Shown here piece after piece: positions 30,376 through 39,120 of a stretch of 56,072 nt of DNA; position 1 is the first letter of the stretch; every line of letters starts with the position of its first letter. Origin of the DNA: a virus (lineage: Duplodnaviria > Caudoviricetes); the IMG/VR virus record IMGVR_UViG_3300042346_000589, positions 1 through 56,072 of that record; one strand, written 5' to 3'. Made by a program: the position numbers and the translations under genes. The notes under the pieces are model-generated. The model saw only the letters and a program-made list of their open reading frames with translations. It was not told the DNA's origin and searched no databases.

Positions 30376-31212
30376 CTAAAAATCCCCAATATCTTGTAAC
30401 AATAATCTATATTTATTTCTTGCAAGATAATTGAACACCTTCGATCCATCTTTTGTTGGTTTATTTTTCCATTTTGAAATAATATCGGACACAATATTTT
30501 CTGGAATCATATTTAAATCAATTAATTTCTCATTTTCATAATATCTATCCAAAAACTCTTCTGGAACACCATTCTCTACACAATCTTTCAAAAATGGTTT
30601 TGAAATTGGTTTTTGTCTAATCTTGTCAACAAATGAATTTGATACAGATTTAATATTTGGAATTCCATCACCAGAATCTCCACCAACAATATGTTCCCGC
30701 AAAAATTCATCAACTGGTTTAACCAATTTAACAAATTCCTTTTTCTTTGGATCATATTGATGAACATTTTCTGATAGCAATTGGTATACATCATGATCAG
30801 TTGCGATAATTAAATGTGGATATCCAGTTGTTCTTGACAGAACAGCAATTATATCATCAGCTTCTGCGCCATCTATCTCCATTACATGATATGGGAAATA
30901 TTGGATCAAATCTGAAACCAATTCATCCTTTATTTTGAACACAAGTTCCCAATCTACTACAGAATCTTCCCTTTTCTTTTTCCTATGTTCTTTATAATAT
31001 GGGAAAATTTCTTTTCTCCAATAATTGCGCGAATCTATGGCAAATACTAATTGCCCATACTTGCGCGAATATGTTTTATTATATATTCTTAACATATTGA
31101 AGAATATATGTTTTATTAAATTTGAATTTTCTTCTGATGAATTTTTTGGTGAATATCCTGCTTCATTTAGTGCGGCAGCTATTACCATTCTGGATGTGTC
31201 AATTAGGATCAT
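30376..31212 (-). CDS. rnh: RNase H (T4-type 5'-3' exonuclease)
   Basis: MILID, YWRK.IFPYYK..RK, GAEADDIIA, D.D..QL, GD.GDGIPN. Confidence 0.92.
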   Translation of the reverse strand: MILIDTSRMVIAAALNEAGYSPKNSSEENSNLIKHIFFNMLRIYNKTYSRKYGQLVFAIDSRNYWRKEIFPYYKEHRKKKREDSVVDWELVFKIKDELVSDLIQYFPYHVMEIDGAEADDIIAVLSRTTGYPHLIIATDHDVYQLLSENVHQYDPKKKEFVKLVKPVDEFLREHIVGGDSGDGIPNIKSVSNSFVDKIRQKPISKPFLKDCVENGVPEEFLDRYYENEKLIDLNMIPENIVSDIISKWKNKPTKDGSKVFNYLARNKYRLLLQDIGDF

Positions 31213-31234
31213 ATTTATGTAATTTAAAAAAATT

Positions 31235-31360
31235 TGGTGACTGGATGTGATCCCAGCATTACGATTAGACCCTGTTATTTTGGGTTCTTCGGGTTGGCCT
31301 ATGCGCGGCCCGATTCATCATATAACCAACTTAGCATTGCGTATCACCTACGCATTCACC
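31235..31360 (-). ncRNA. candidate ~126-nt cloverleaf-like structured RNA
   Basis: Closing stem GGTGA/TCACC-A; hairpins TGCGTA-ggtga-TACGCA, TCGGG/CCCGA with inner GGCC/GGCC, ACCC/GGGT, CTGG-gatcacat-CCAG; GC-rich intergenic. Confidence 0.6.
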
Positions 31361-31372
31361 AAAAACCTTTAT

Positions 31373-31522
31373 CTATTCAGAAGCTTTAATTTTTGTACCG
31401 CATACGGTACATCTTGCTTCAGTTTTCTTTTGATTAAAATTATGAACTCTCATATTTTGTCCATATTTAGAATCTTGGTATTCATGTTTGCAACTACATC
31501 TTTTTACAGTACATCCACTCAT
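31373..31522 (-). CDS. small zinc-finger protein (49 aa, absent from the ORF track)
   Basis: MSGCTVKRCSCKHEYQDSKYGQNMRVHNFNQKKTEARCTVCGTKIKASE; ATGA overlap with the upstream stop. Confidence 0.65.
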   Translation of the reverse strand: MSGCTVKRCSCKHEYQDSKYGQNMRVHNFNQKKTEARCTVCGTKIKASE

Positions 31523-32574
31523 AATATTCTCCAAATTAAAATGTTTTCGTTCAATGAACCAACTGGTGTACTAACCTTTGTCCCAATCTCATTAAACACG
31601 TTTAGTATACCATTAATGTTAACAGCAGTCAACAACTTTTTTAGCATTTCATCAGGTTTTCTTAACACCTTCTTGAAACAATTCTCTTCATCCAAATTGT
31701 ATATAGTTGAGCCACGAATATCAAAACCAACTTTTGATTGCAATATAGTAAAAGTTTTGTAACGTATACTATACAATAATACACAATTTTTACCCAATAT
31801 ATCCTTTGGGGCAATACTTTTATATTGGGCAAATTCTTTGCAAAATTTTACTTTTGCCAATTTTTTATCCAAATCTATTGGCTTTTTCTGTCTCGGTTTC
31901 CGAGAAGATTTTGGTGCCAAAGATTTTAAACCTTCAATGAAGAAATCATACATTCCAACATATTGTCTTAAATCTTTTTTACAGAATGTTGCATAACCTT
32001 CAACATTTTCATCCAAAGCATTTCTAACTTCTTTGCTATGATCTAACAAAATTGGGCAAATTGGTTTAAATGATTTTTCCGGTATTTTGTTATTATGTAG
32101 AAATTTTTTTAGAACAGATGGTTTAACAAATGTTCTACTAAGAGATTGTTCCTCTATGTAATCTATTAGTATTCTTGCATACACCAAATGTTTATTTACT
32201 TTTGGTTGCTTTGGTGGTTTTAATTTCTGTTCAGAAATTTTTCTAGTTTTTTCATTTAATAATTCAACAATTTTTTTATGAATTGTGTTTGGGTCAGAAA
32301 AAATGCAACCACGAGATTGCATCCTACATAATGAACCAACATGTCCAACCCATTTAACCTTTTCCAATTGATCAACGATTTCTTTTGAATAAAATTGTCC
32401 AGCATGTTTCAATAATTCTGCTTTTGCATCATCTTGGTTCAATTGGACATTATAATAAGATAATGCAGTAATTATTTCAACATTTGAATGTGGTTCCAAT
32501 TTGGGGACAAATACTGGTTCATCCCCATAGAACAATTGGTTTGAATCTTTGTAACGTTTTTTTGTTTTTGCCAT
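31519..32574 (-). CDS. conserved T4-like hypothetical protein
   Basis: 351-aa basic ORF with G.EP, AL.YYN, RKPR.KK, I.G.TI, K.LRKP.E motifs. Confidence 0.7.
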   Translation of the reverse strand: MAKTKKRYKDSNQLFYGDEPVFVPKLEPHSNVEIITALSYYNVQLNQDDAKAELLKHAGQFYSKEIVDQLEKVKWVGHVGSLCRMQSRGCIFSDPNTIHKKIVELLNEKTRKISEQKLKPPKQPKVNKHLVYARILIDYIEEQSLSRTFVKPSVLKKFLHNNKIPEKSFKPICPILLDHSKEVRNALDENVEGYATFCKKDLRQYVGMYDFFIEGLKSLAPKSSRKPRQKKPIDLDKKLAKVKFCKEFAQYKSIAPKDILGKNCVLLYSIRYKTFTILQSKVGFDIRGSTIYNLDEENCFKKVLRKPDEMLKKLLTAVNINGILNVFNEIGTKVSTPVGSLNENILIWRIL

Positions 32575-32579
32575 AATTA

Positions 32580-32783
32580 TTAGAAGTCTTCAGGTTCTTC
32601 TACCTCGTCTTCAACCTCAATGATACCTTTATCCACGAGTTCATTGAATAATGAACCATATCCATGGTCAAATCCTTTTGAATATGCTTTTGTATAAGTA
32701 AACCATACACAAGCTGCAGTAAAGATGGTGGCAAAGAACATGAATTGCCAAAAGTCATACATGATTGTTACAGTTGGTTCCAC
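32580..32783 (-). CDS. small membrane protein
   Basis: One hydrophobic segment and an acidic tail. Confidence 0.55.
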   Translation of the reverse strand: MEPTVTIMYDFWQFMFFATIFTAACVWFTYTKAYSKGFDHGYGSLFNELVDKGIIEVEDEVEEPEDF

Positions 32784-33199
32784 TATGCGGTTTCCTTATA
32801 GAAAATGTGACCATCGAGTTTAAAAGTTTCTTTGATTTTTTTTCTGTTCCACCGTGGATGAACTTTTACATTATGAAACAATGTAGAACCATCCGTAAAA
32901 TCTTTTGGAACATGTTGTATAAAATTATTTGTGAATGCCAGAACATCATACCAATCCTTGGATTTTTTGTCAATCTTTAATTTTTTCCTAACATAATCAA
33001 ATTGTCCAGGCTCTTTAACAATTTTACAAATTGGCTTTTGCCTTTTGTTTTTTCTATTTAGTACAACCAATCCAACAGCTTGTTTAGATTTCTTTGATGT
33101 TCCACGAGCTTCGTGAAAAATAGTCTCAGCCAAGCAGTCACTTTCGGCATCTGCCAAAACACTGGTTGAGATTAGCAGAAGAAGAATAAATTTCTTCAT
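32783..33199 (-). CDS. SleB-like cell wall hydrolase (Hydrolase_2) with signal peptide
   Basis: RBS AGGAG before MKKFILLLLIS; CLAE.IFHEARG, AVG.VVLNR, QF, D.T.G...FH...V.PRW, GHIFY. Confidence 0.85.
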   Translation of the reverse strand: MKKFILLLLISTSVLADAESDCLAETIFHEARGTSKKSKQAVGLVVLNRKNKRQKPICKIVKEPGQFDYVRKKLKIDKKSKDWYDVLAFTNNFIQHVPKDFTDGSTLFHNVKVHPRWNRKKIKETFKLDGHIFYKETA

Positions 33200-33246
33200 C
33201 GGGTTTCTCCTTTTATTTTTTGCCAAAATATTATTTAGGCTTTTAT

Positions 33247-33270
33247 GGTAGCCCCAAAAATGGAGCCACC
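33247..33270 (-). terminator. hairpin (terminator or regulatory) downstream of the Nampt-like gene
   Basis: GGTGGCTCC-atttt-TGGGGCTACC stem with G-U pairs; no clear U-tract. Confidence 0.4.
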
Positions 33271-33282
33271 ATATTACAATAC

Positions 33283-34767
33283 TTATAAGAAACTGTCAAC
33301 AGTTTTTCTGATTTCCTCCAAAGTAGTCGATTTAACCATTTTACCATCTTCTAAAATTGTTTCCAAGCAACCATGCCTTTCTTGGTCAATTGAAACATTA
33401 TCAACCAACCTGTACTCATTTCCTACCTGTGTGACCATTAGCAGCCCCCTGGCTGACCGTTTGGTTCCATCATCTGTCTTAGGGTCTTTGAACAATGGAA
33501 TGCCCTTGTTGGCGATTTTTGCCCATGTGGATTTGATTGCCATCCCATGGGTGTCCCTTGTTACATAAGAATACTGCATACTCCCCACACCGAACAATAC
33601 ATTATTGGATGCAAATCCCTTTTTCATAAGTTGGGACAAAATTTGATCTTGTCTCGTGGTATTAATTGAGTCACCATAAATGGCACCAATATGTGGATCA
33701 AGCTCCATAAATCCTTTCCCATTAATTCTGCCACCAAATGTATCCCACAAACATTGAATCAATCCTTTGTACTCTGGGGAACCAATTGGGGCGGATTCGT
33801 CGCCACAGATGATTTTAACAGGGTCGCCACTGTCACCTCTGATGACAAGTTTCCCATCCCTTGAAAGAATAATGTCTTTCAAACGTGGGACAGTTTCTGT
33901 CACAACTTTCCAAAAGTCTAAAGTATCTGATACCAAACTAACAATACCACTTGGATATACTTCTGTCAACATTCTTTTGTATGTGAAATATTCATCAACC
34001 GAATCGAAGTTGCCAATACCCGCCGACATCGACGAATGCTCACTCGCATTGACACTGTATGCAATATGGTCTTCATCTGTGGCACCATAATAATCCTCTG
34101 CCAGCATAATAGCTGGAATAGTATCTGTGCCATAACTGCCCATAGCAATGGATGCAAATCCAGAAATTGCTGCAGCATGTCTACCTTGCATACCACGCAT
34201 AGAAAAATCATGGTTCTGAAATGGAACAAAACTATTATCTTCACAAGTTAGTTCAGAATATTTCAAAGAATTTTTTCTGTACCACATATAAGAAGTGGCA
34301 GAAGTAATTGGTAACCATAATTCATCAGAAATTACTGTTTCCAACATATTGGTTACCCAATAAAAATCATCCAAGGTATTTACAATGGTAAACATTGGAA
34401 CACCATATGGCACAAAACTTCCTTCTGGCAAACTTTTGATACGAATTGGTAGATATCCTAGATCATGTAGTTTTTCAATATGTGAAACATCTACATCATA
34501 TCCCAAACCTTTTGAGACAATTCTTTTATACTGTCTAACACATTTCTCCTTTGGTTTGGAGAAAAATGTAGTATTCCATTCTTCAATCAAATAATCCATT
34601 ACAAAAAATTGCATACCAACATACCATACACCTTTTGAATCAGGAATGTTTGCATGTTTGCCGCTTCTAGCGGTCATATTGGAATAAATGGTTTGTGTAT
34701 TGTCTGGATATTGGTGAACGTGACCAACTTTGTAAAAATCTTTTTGTAATGGTGCGAATGTTTTCAT
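33283..34767 (-). CDS. nicotinamide phosphoribosyltransferase-family enzyme (probable Namat of NARP1)
   Basis: DFYK.GH..QYP, HDFS.RG, GTDT, ASEHS.M, SLVSDT.D, VIRGDSGDP, IYGDSI, TRDT.G.A.K, KDPKTD.G.K.SA.G. Confidence 0.9.
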   Translation of the reverse strand: MKTFAPLQKDFYKVGHVHQYPDNTQTIYSNMTARSGKHANIPDSKGVWYVGMQFFVMDYLIEEWNTTFFSKPKEKCVRQYKRIVSKGLGYDVDVSHIEKLHDLGYLPIRIKSLPEGSFVPYGVPMFTIVNTLDDFYWVTNMLETVISDELWLPITSATSYMWYRKNSLKYSELTCEDNSFVPFQNHDFSMRGMQGRHAAAISGFASIAMGSYGTDTIPAIMLAEDYYGATDEDHIAYSVNASEHSSMSAGIGNFDSVDEYFTYKRMLTEVYPSGIVSLVSDTLDFWKVVTETVPRLKDIILSRDGKLVIRGDSGDPVKIICGDESAPIGSPEYKGLIQCLWDTFGGRINGKGFMELDPHIGAIYGDSINTTRQDQILSQLMKKGFASNNVLFGVGSMQYSYVTRDTHGMAIKSTWAKIANKGIPLFKDPKTDDGTKRSARGLLMVTQVGNEYRLVDNVSIDQERHGCLETILEDGKMVKSTTLEEIRKTVDSFL

Positions 34768-34779
34768 AATATAGCCCTA

Positions 34780-35637
34780 TTAAAATAATCTATCAACAAC
34801 GGGTATACAGTTTACTGTACTATTATAATTATCCCTAAATGTATCGGTGGTTATAATATTATCAATACCAGATTCATAAATACATTCCACACCTTTTGAA
34901 TATATACCATGTGTGGTAAACAATGTTACAGTTTTTGCACCAAGTTGTTTTAATTCTTTAGTAATTTCAATAAAACTGCGCCCTCCATCCGTTATATCGT
35001 CTACAATTAGACAATCTTTACCAGTAAGGTCATCTGAAAACACCTTTGTTTTAACAATGTTACCAAATTCGTCCCTGGCTTTATCAACTTGAACAAATTC
35101 ACTTGGCGATAACACTTCGCCCAATTGGTATGATTTTTTACTGGCACCATGATCTGGAATAATTAAAACCTTATTTAACAAAAGATGTGCGACATGTCTA
35201 CTTATTGCAACATAATGCACAATTGTTTTTTGTGTAATAACTTGTAAATTATTGATCAAAGCTGATGCAACATCGCTATGGGCATCATATGTGATCACTT
35301 TGGTGTAATTTTGCGAATTGAGTAAATCTGCAAAAACTTTTAGTGACAATGATTCACCATTTGCAGAAATTTTATCTTGCCGCGCATACGGCAAATATGG
35401 TATTGTGACATAGATGGGAACCAAGGTTCCAAATTTTCGACGCAAGGCATCTGTTACAAATAGTAGTTCCATTACCCCATCACTATTTGTAATCCTTGTA
35501 GTGACCCTAATTTTTGCAGTATCTGCACAATTTAGGTCAGGGATTTGAATATGGACTTCACCACCAGAGAATGTAAAATTGTTTACATTCTCTATGGTAA
35601 TCATTGGTTTATCATTGTATTCAATATAAATTTTCAT
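34780..35637 (-). CDS. ribose-phosphate pyrophosphokinase-family enzyme (probable Adps of NARP1)
   Basis: F.GGE.H, PYLPYARQD, D.HS, PD.GA.K, LIVDDI.DGG.SF, THG..SKG. Confidence 0.9.
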   Translation of the reverse strand: MKIYIEYNDKPMITIENVNNFTFSGGEVHIQIPDLNCADTAKIRVTTRITNSDGVMELLFVTDALRRKFGTLVPIYVTIPYLPYARQDKISANGESLSLKVFADLLNSQNYTKVITYDAHSDVASALINNLQVITQKTIVHYVAISRHVAHLLLNKVLIIPDHGASKKSYQLGEVLSPSEFVQVDKARDEFGNIVKTKVFSDDLTGKDCLIVDDITDGGRSFIEITKELKQLGAKTVTLFTTHGIYSKGVECIYESGIDNIITTDTFRDNYNSTVNCIPVVDRLF

Positions 35638-35742
35638 AATATAGTTCCTAATTATTTGTTATTCACACACACTTTTTTAATGTGTGTTGATATAGCATAT
35701 CACATGATAGTAAAGAATGCAGGTAAACATAAGAGCAATTTG

Positions 35743-35831
35743 TAGGCCAAATTGGATTTGAACCAATACTAAGCCTTGCAAGGGTCTTTCCGTTATGAGC
35801 GGAGGGCATTAACCAGTTATGCTATTGGCCT
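35743..35831 (-). tRNA. tRNA with CAT anticodon (Ile2 or Met), long variable arm, no encoded CCA
   Basis: Acceptor AGGCCAA/TTGGCCT+A; D arm GCAT/ATGC; anticodon TCCG-CTCATAA-CGGA; T arm ATTGG-TTCAAAT-CCAAT. Confidence 0.85.
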
Positions 35832-35853
35832 ACAAATTGCTCTTAATTAATTG

Positions 35854-36024
35854 TTAAACTTCTAAAACATCTATCTCTTCACCAGTTTGTTCATTAATTA
35901 TAGCACGAATTTCACCATTGTCAAGAACAAAATTATTTGAAATATCTGTATATGCTGGATGCAAAGTGTTTTCCAACACTTCTTTTACATATTCAATAAA
36001 ATCTTGTGAAAATCTATGTCTCAT
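35854..36024 (-). CDS. hypothetical protein (56 aa, absent from the ORF track)
   Basis: MRHRFSQDFIEYVKEVLENTLHPAY...IDVLEV; ATGA overlap with the upstream stop. Confidence 0.5.
   Translation of the reverse strand: MRHRFSQDFIEYVKEVLENTLHPAYTDISNNFVLDNGEIRAIINEQTGEEIDVLEV
35897..35924 (-). promoter_or_regulatory. consensus sigma70 (early) promoter upstream of the tRNA and NAD genes
   Basis: TTGACA-N16-TATAAT with extended -10 TGc. Confidence 0.75.
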
Positions 36025-36323
36025 ACACTTAACCCCGCATCTTCCAATAATTCTTTATATTCATCAATAGCCAATGCTGCCATATCTTTTAAATCTGATT
36101 CCATTTTTTCCCTAGCTCGTACCAAAATGGTTTCCATTTCTGTGCCCAAGATTTTATTAATTTCATATAATAAAAATTCTGGCACATCTTCTTTCGCTGT
36201 GATACCAGTCCTAAAAGATATCTTTTCAATTGGTATAAGATTTTCACCATTTCTTGTCATGGTCATAAATTGATTAAATTTTTCAATCTTTTCTTTCTGC
36301 CTAGAATATTGTGCAATGTGCAT
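36021..36323 (-). CDS. hypothetical protein
   Basis: 100-aa ORF, translationally coupled to its neighbours. Confidence 0.6.
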   Translation of the reverse strand: MHIAQYSRQKEKIEKFNQFMTMTRNGENLIPIEKISFRTGITAKEDVPEFLLYEINKILGTEMETILVRAREKMESDLKDMAALAIDEYKELLEDAGLSV

Positions 36324-37408
36324 TATATCTCCAAATATTGTTCTGTAACAACTCTATCTTGACCCTGCCTTGGTTTACCAACATCACCTGGATCATATGC
36401 ACTGATCAAAAATAGATGTTTCCTGGTATCATTTGTGGCATATTTATCTGCCCGATGTTGCATTAATACTGTTTGTTTATGTTCTTTATCAAACACCATG
36501 AATGTACCATGTTTGGGAGTATACTCCCCACTCTTGATTTTGTCAACCACCTTTCGATGGATTTTTAACAAATTCTCTTTTGGCACATGTCGTTCTATCT
36601 GTCGTTGATCAATATGGTTCGTGGGAAACAATTTCACCCCACGATGAATACTTATGTGGCCGCTTTCTAATAATGTTTCCGATATTCCAGATGTACCACT
36701 TCTACTATAGTTACCATTATTGGAAATTGCCGATTTTAAATTATTTTTGTGTAATATACCATATGTTTCATATTTCGCAGAACCAGTCCCGAAAACAGTA
36801 TCCCCCTCGTGGGAATGTATTGCATCATATCCTGCAAATTTGATTGCATTGTGTAAATGATGCGAATTATTATGAAAATGCCATACTGGTGCCATATGGT
36901 CTCCATACTCGGCCTTTCCCTTGTCTAGATGAGATATTGCCCCTTTTGCAGATTTTTCATCCAATTTTCCATCACGGTAATCATCAAGTAATCTACTTTT
37001 TACTCGTGATGCTACATCAGAAAACTTAACGTGCGTGTGTTGAGATTTAAATCCCAAGTGTATTGGGTTTTCTACCTTTGCATATAGTTTCATTACATTT
37101 GGCGATTCAGATGCATTAGATTTATCCCCACTAGCATAATCATTTGCATATGCTTTATGTGGGGTAACAAATGTTACTCGTGATCCGTGTGTATCAGAAT
37201 GTTCAGTATTCATTCCCCGATACATCACAGTTGGTCTGCCGCTAGAATCAACAGCCCTGGAGTTACCAAACCATTTATAAAAACTTCTTATTCCCGCCTC
37301 AGTTGGATGTATAAGATTGCCCTCGCTGTTATGCCGTGGGCGTTTAGTACCATCAATATCTATTGTATCGCTTGTTATTGACTCAAATAGTTGTTTAAAT
37401 GTTTTCAT
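36323..37408 (-). CDS. candidate internal head protein with polyvalent-protein ART-like domain
   Basis: MKTFKQLFE N-terminus; F.KWFG.S..VD..G.P.VMYRG, F......YA..YA, NVM.LY....NP, GYD.I, KSA..N.G.Y. Confidence 0.6.
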   Translation of the reverse strand: MKTFKQLFESITSDTIDIDGTKRPRHNSEGNLIHPTEAGIRSFYKWFGNSRAVDSSGRPTVMYRGMNTEHSDTHGSRVTFVTPHKAYANDYASGDKSNASESPNVMKLYAKVENPIHLGFKSQHTHVKFSDVASRVKSRLLDDYRDGKLDEKSAKGAISHLDKGKAEYGDHMAPVWHFHNNSHHLHNAIKFAGYDAIHSHEGDTVFGTGSAKYETYGILHKNNLKSAISNNGNYSRSGTSGISETLLESGHISIHRGVKLFPTNHIDQRQIERHVPKENLLKIHRKVVDKIKSGEYTPKHGTFMVFDKEHKQTVLMQHRADKYATNDTRKHLFLISAYDPGDVGKPRQGQDRVVTEQYLEI

Positions 37409-38145
37409 TGAAGACCTAATTTTAATTTTGTTAAAATATACTGTTTAACAAACCCTGACCTAACCACATCATCTACAGTAAATTCAACATTTGTGAAAAC
37501 TGGCATTTCCTTTACAATTTTCATAAATTCATTAAATCCACTTTGTTCATGTTTTTTCAAATCGCTTTGAACTAAATCTCCACTAAAAATTATCCTAGAA
37601 TCTTCGCCAACTCTGGTAGCAACCATATCCAATTCTTTGAAAGTGTTCTGTTGCATTTCATCGCAAATTATAACAGAATTGTTAAAGGTGATGCCTCGCA
37701 TAAAAGATGTAGTCATAAACTGAATAACACCTTGATCAACTAATTGTTGGTATGCATTTTCAATGTTTGGAAATAATTCATTGCATATTGAAATATATGG
37801 AACAACGTATTCAAACTCTTTTTCCTCTCTTGTTCCTTTTGTGAATCCTAATTCACGAGTTTGAACAGCAGATTTGATAATGATTACTTTGTGATATGGT
37901 GTTCCTTTTGTAAACACATCTTTTAATGCAAGATATAGGGACAACAGCGTTTTGCCGGTTCCGGCGCAACCATGTAATACTAAGTTTTGATCTTGTGAAT
38001 ATTCTTGGAATGCAAAGGTTTGATTTTCCGTTAACGGAACAACTGTTTTTAAATGTTCCAATCTTATTTTCGTTTTTGAAGAAGAACTTTTTGGTACAAT
38101 GCTTGGGATTTCTTCCATGGTTGTTGCACTGCGTCTTTTTCTCAT
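37405..38145 (-). CDS. phoH: PhoH family ATPase
   Basis: PLT.NQ, G.AGTGKT, LGF..G...EK, FMRG.TF, DEMQ, TRVGE.S...F.GD..QSD, DVVRSG.V. Confidence 0.93.
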   Translation of the reverse strand: MRKRRSATTMEEIPSIVPKSSSSKTKIRLEHLKTVVPLTENQTFAFQEYSQDQNLVLHGCAGTGKTLLSLYLALKDVFTKGTPYHKVIIIKSAVQTRELGFTKGTREEKEFEYVVPYISICNELFPNIENAYQQLVDQGVIQFMTTSFMRGITFNNSVIICDEMQQNTFKELDMVATRVGEDSRIIFSGDLVQSDLKKHEQSGFNEFMKIVKEMPVFTNVEFTVDDVVRSGFVKQYILTKLKLGLQ

Positions 38146-38192
38146 ATATGTAAAAGTGTGGTAGTTAATGGTATGATTATTTAGTACAATAC

Positions 38193-38420
38193 TTATTTTT
38201 TATCTGGTAACCATTTACTCAATTTTGAAAGATTATTTGACAAACACCACCATGTTTTAAAATGTGAATCCCATCTGGCACCAAATTTCTTTGCTTCCTC
38301 TTTTTCACTGTAGGGTACATCTAGGTATACCACCTTTATTCTATTATTGAATTGTTCTTCTCTAATACTTTTTAGACCTAAATCTCTTTTGTTTAATTTT
38401 TCATGGTCAAATTTTGACAT
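38193..38420 (-). CDS. small protein with DUF5710-like motif
   Basis: YLDVPYSEKEEAKKFGARWD....WW. Confidence 0.7.
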   Translation of the reverse strand: MSKFDHEKLNKRDLGLKSIREEQFNNRIKVVYLDVPYSEKEEAKKFGARWDSHFKTWWCLSNNLSKLSKWLPDKK

Positions 38421-38463
38421 AATATTTTTCCAAAATTTAAATATTGTAATTTACATGTAACAA

Positions 38464-38760
38464 ACATCGAAGATGTGCGAAGCACTGATTGTAATATATT
38501 TGTGTATTGTTACAAATATGGTATTTTTGTAAAATGATTTATTCTACACTATTTTAACCAACCAAACCAAATGTAACAATAAAAACCAAAATCACAAAGT
38601 GCTTCGCACCCGCAAAGCGGGTTTGTAATTATTGTTGGTTTCCATTTGGAGGTATTTATCAAATAGGTAACCAATTGCTCCCAATGTTCCCAAATTGCCC
38701 CAAATGTTTCAAATTTTTGACAAAACTTCCCCTTCCGAAAAGAAGAAGTTTTTAAAAAAA
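38464..38760. other. non-coding mini-hairpin / short-repeat cluster (origin candidate)
   Basis: ACATC-GAA-GATGT; GTGC-GAA-GCAC and its inverted copy at 38599-38609; ACCCGC-AAA-GCGGGT; CCAAT/CCAAAT short repeats. Confidence 0.4.
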
Positions 38761-39120
38761 TCAATGTTACAGCACTACTGAGGCGGTTGTCCTGTACCTC
38801 TCGCTGCGTATTCCCAATCAATAGATTTTACTCAATTAATTGACAACGGTACATCAATACACATACATTGACATATGCACTGATGCTCCGGGGTGGTTCT
38901 CTTTTACTTTCCAGATGCCCGGTTCTTTACCCCTTCAAAATAATTCTACATTAGCAAAGACATTTACGCTTCAACCTCTCGGTTGCATGGGGGCGTTGCC
39001 TATCATCCTTTCGGGTAGTTGCTAAGGTCGTCGTTGTTGCCCGACTAGGTGTTCCTCTCGTTCAATTGCGAAGGTTTTACCGCTGGTAACAATCCCCCCA
39101 GCTAGGTTAATCAACAATGT
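38761..39120 (-). ncRNA. candidate ~360-nt structured RNA
   Basis: GC-rich, no credible ORF, many helices incl. GNRA-capped CC-GAAA-GG and CAACC-GAGA-GGTTG; cATAAATA directly upstream at 39127-39134. Confidence 0.6.

Noticed and set aside
31247-31762. 171-aa plus-strand ORF
   Set aside because: Antisense to two minus-strand genes and the RNA candidate; no motif or RBS
38549-39025. ORFs 38549-38821 (-) and 38840-39025 (+)
   Set aside because: Non-ATG starts, atypical composition and no RBS; they overlap the structured non-coding region
38761-39120. tmRNA or RNase P RNA
   Set aside because: No T-arm/CCA end or tag frame; GAGGAACACC only loosely resembles the RNase P GAGGAAAGUC motif and the matching 3' motif is absent
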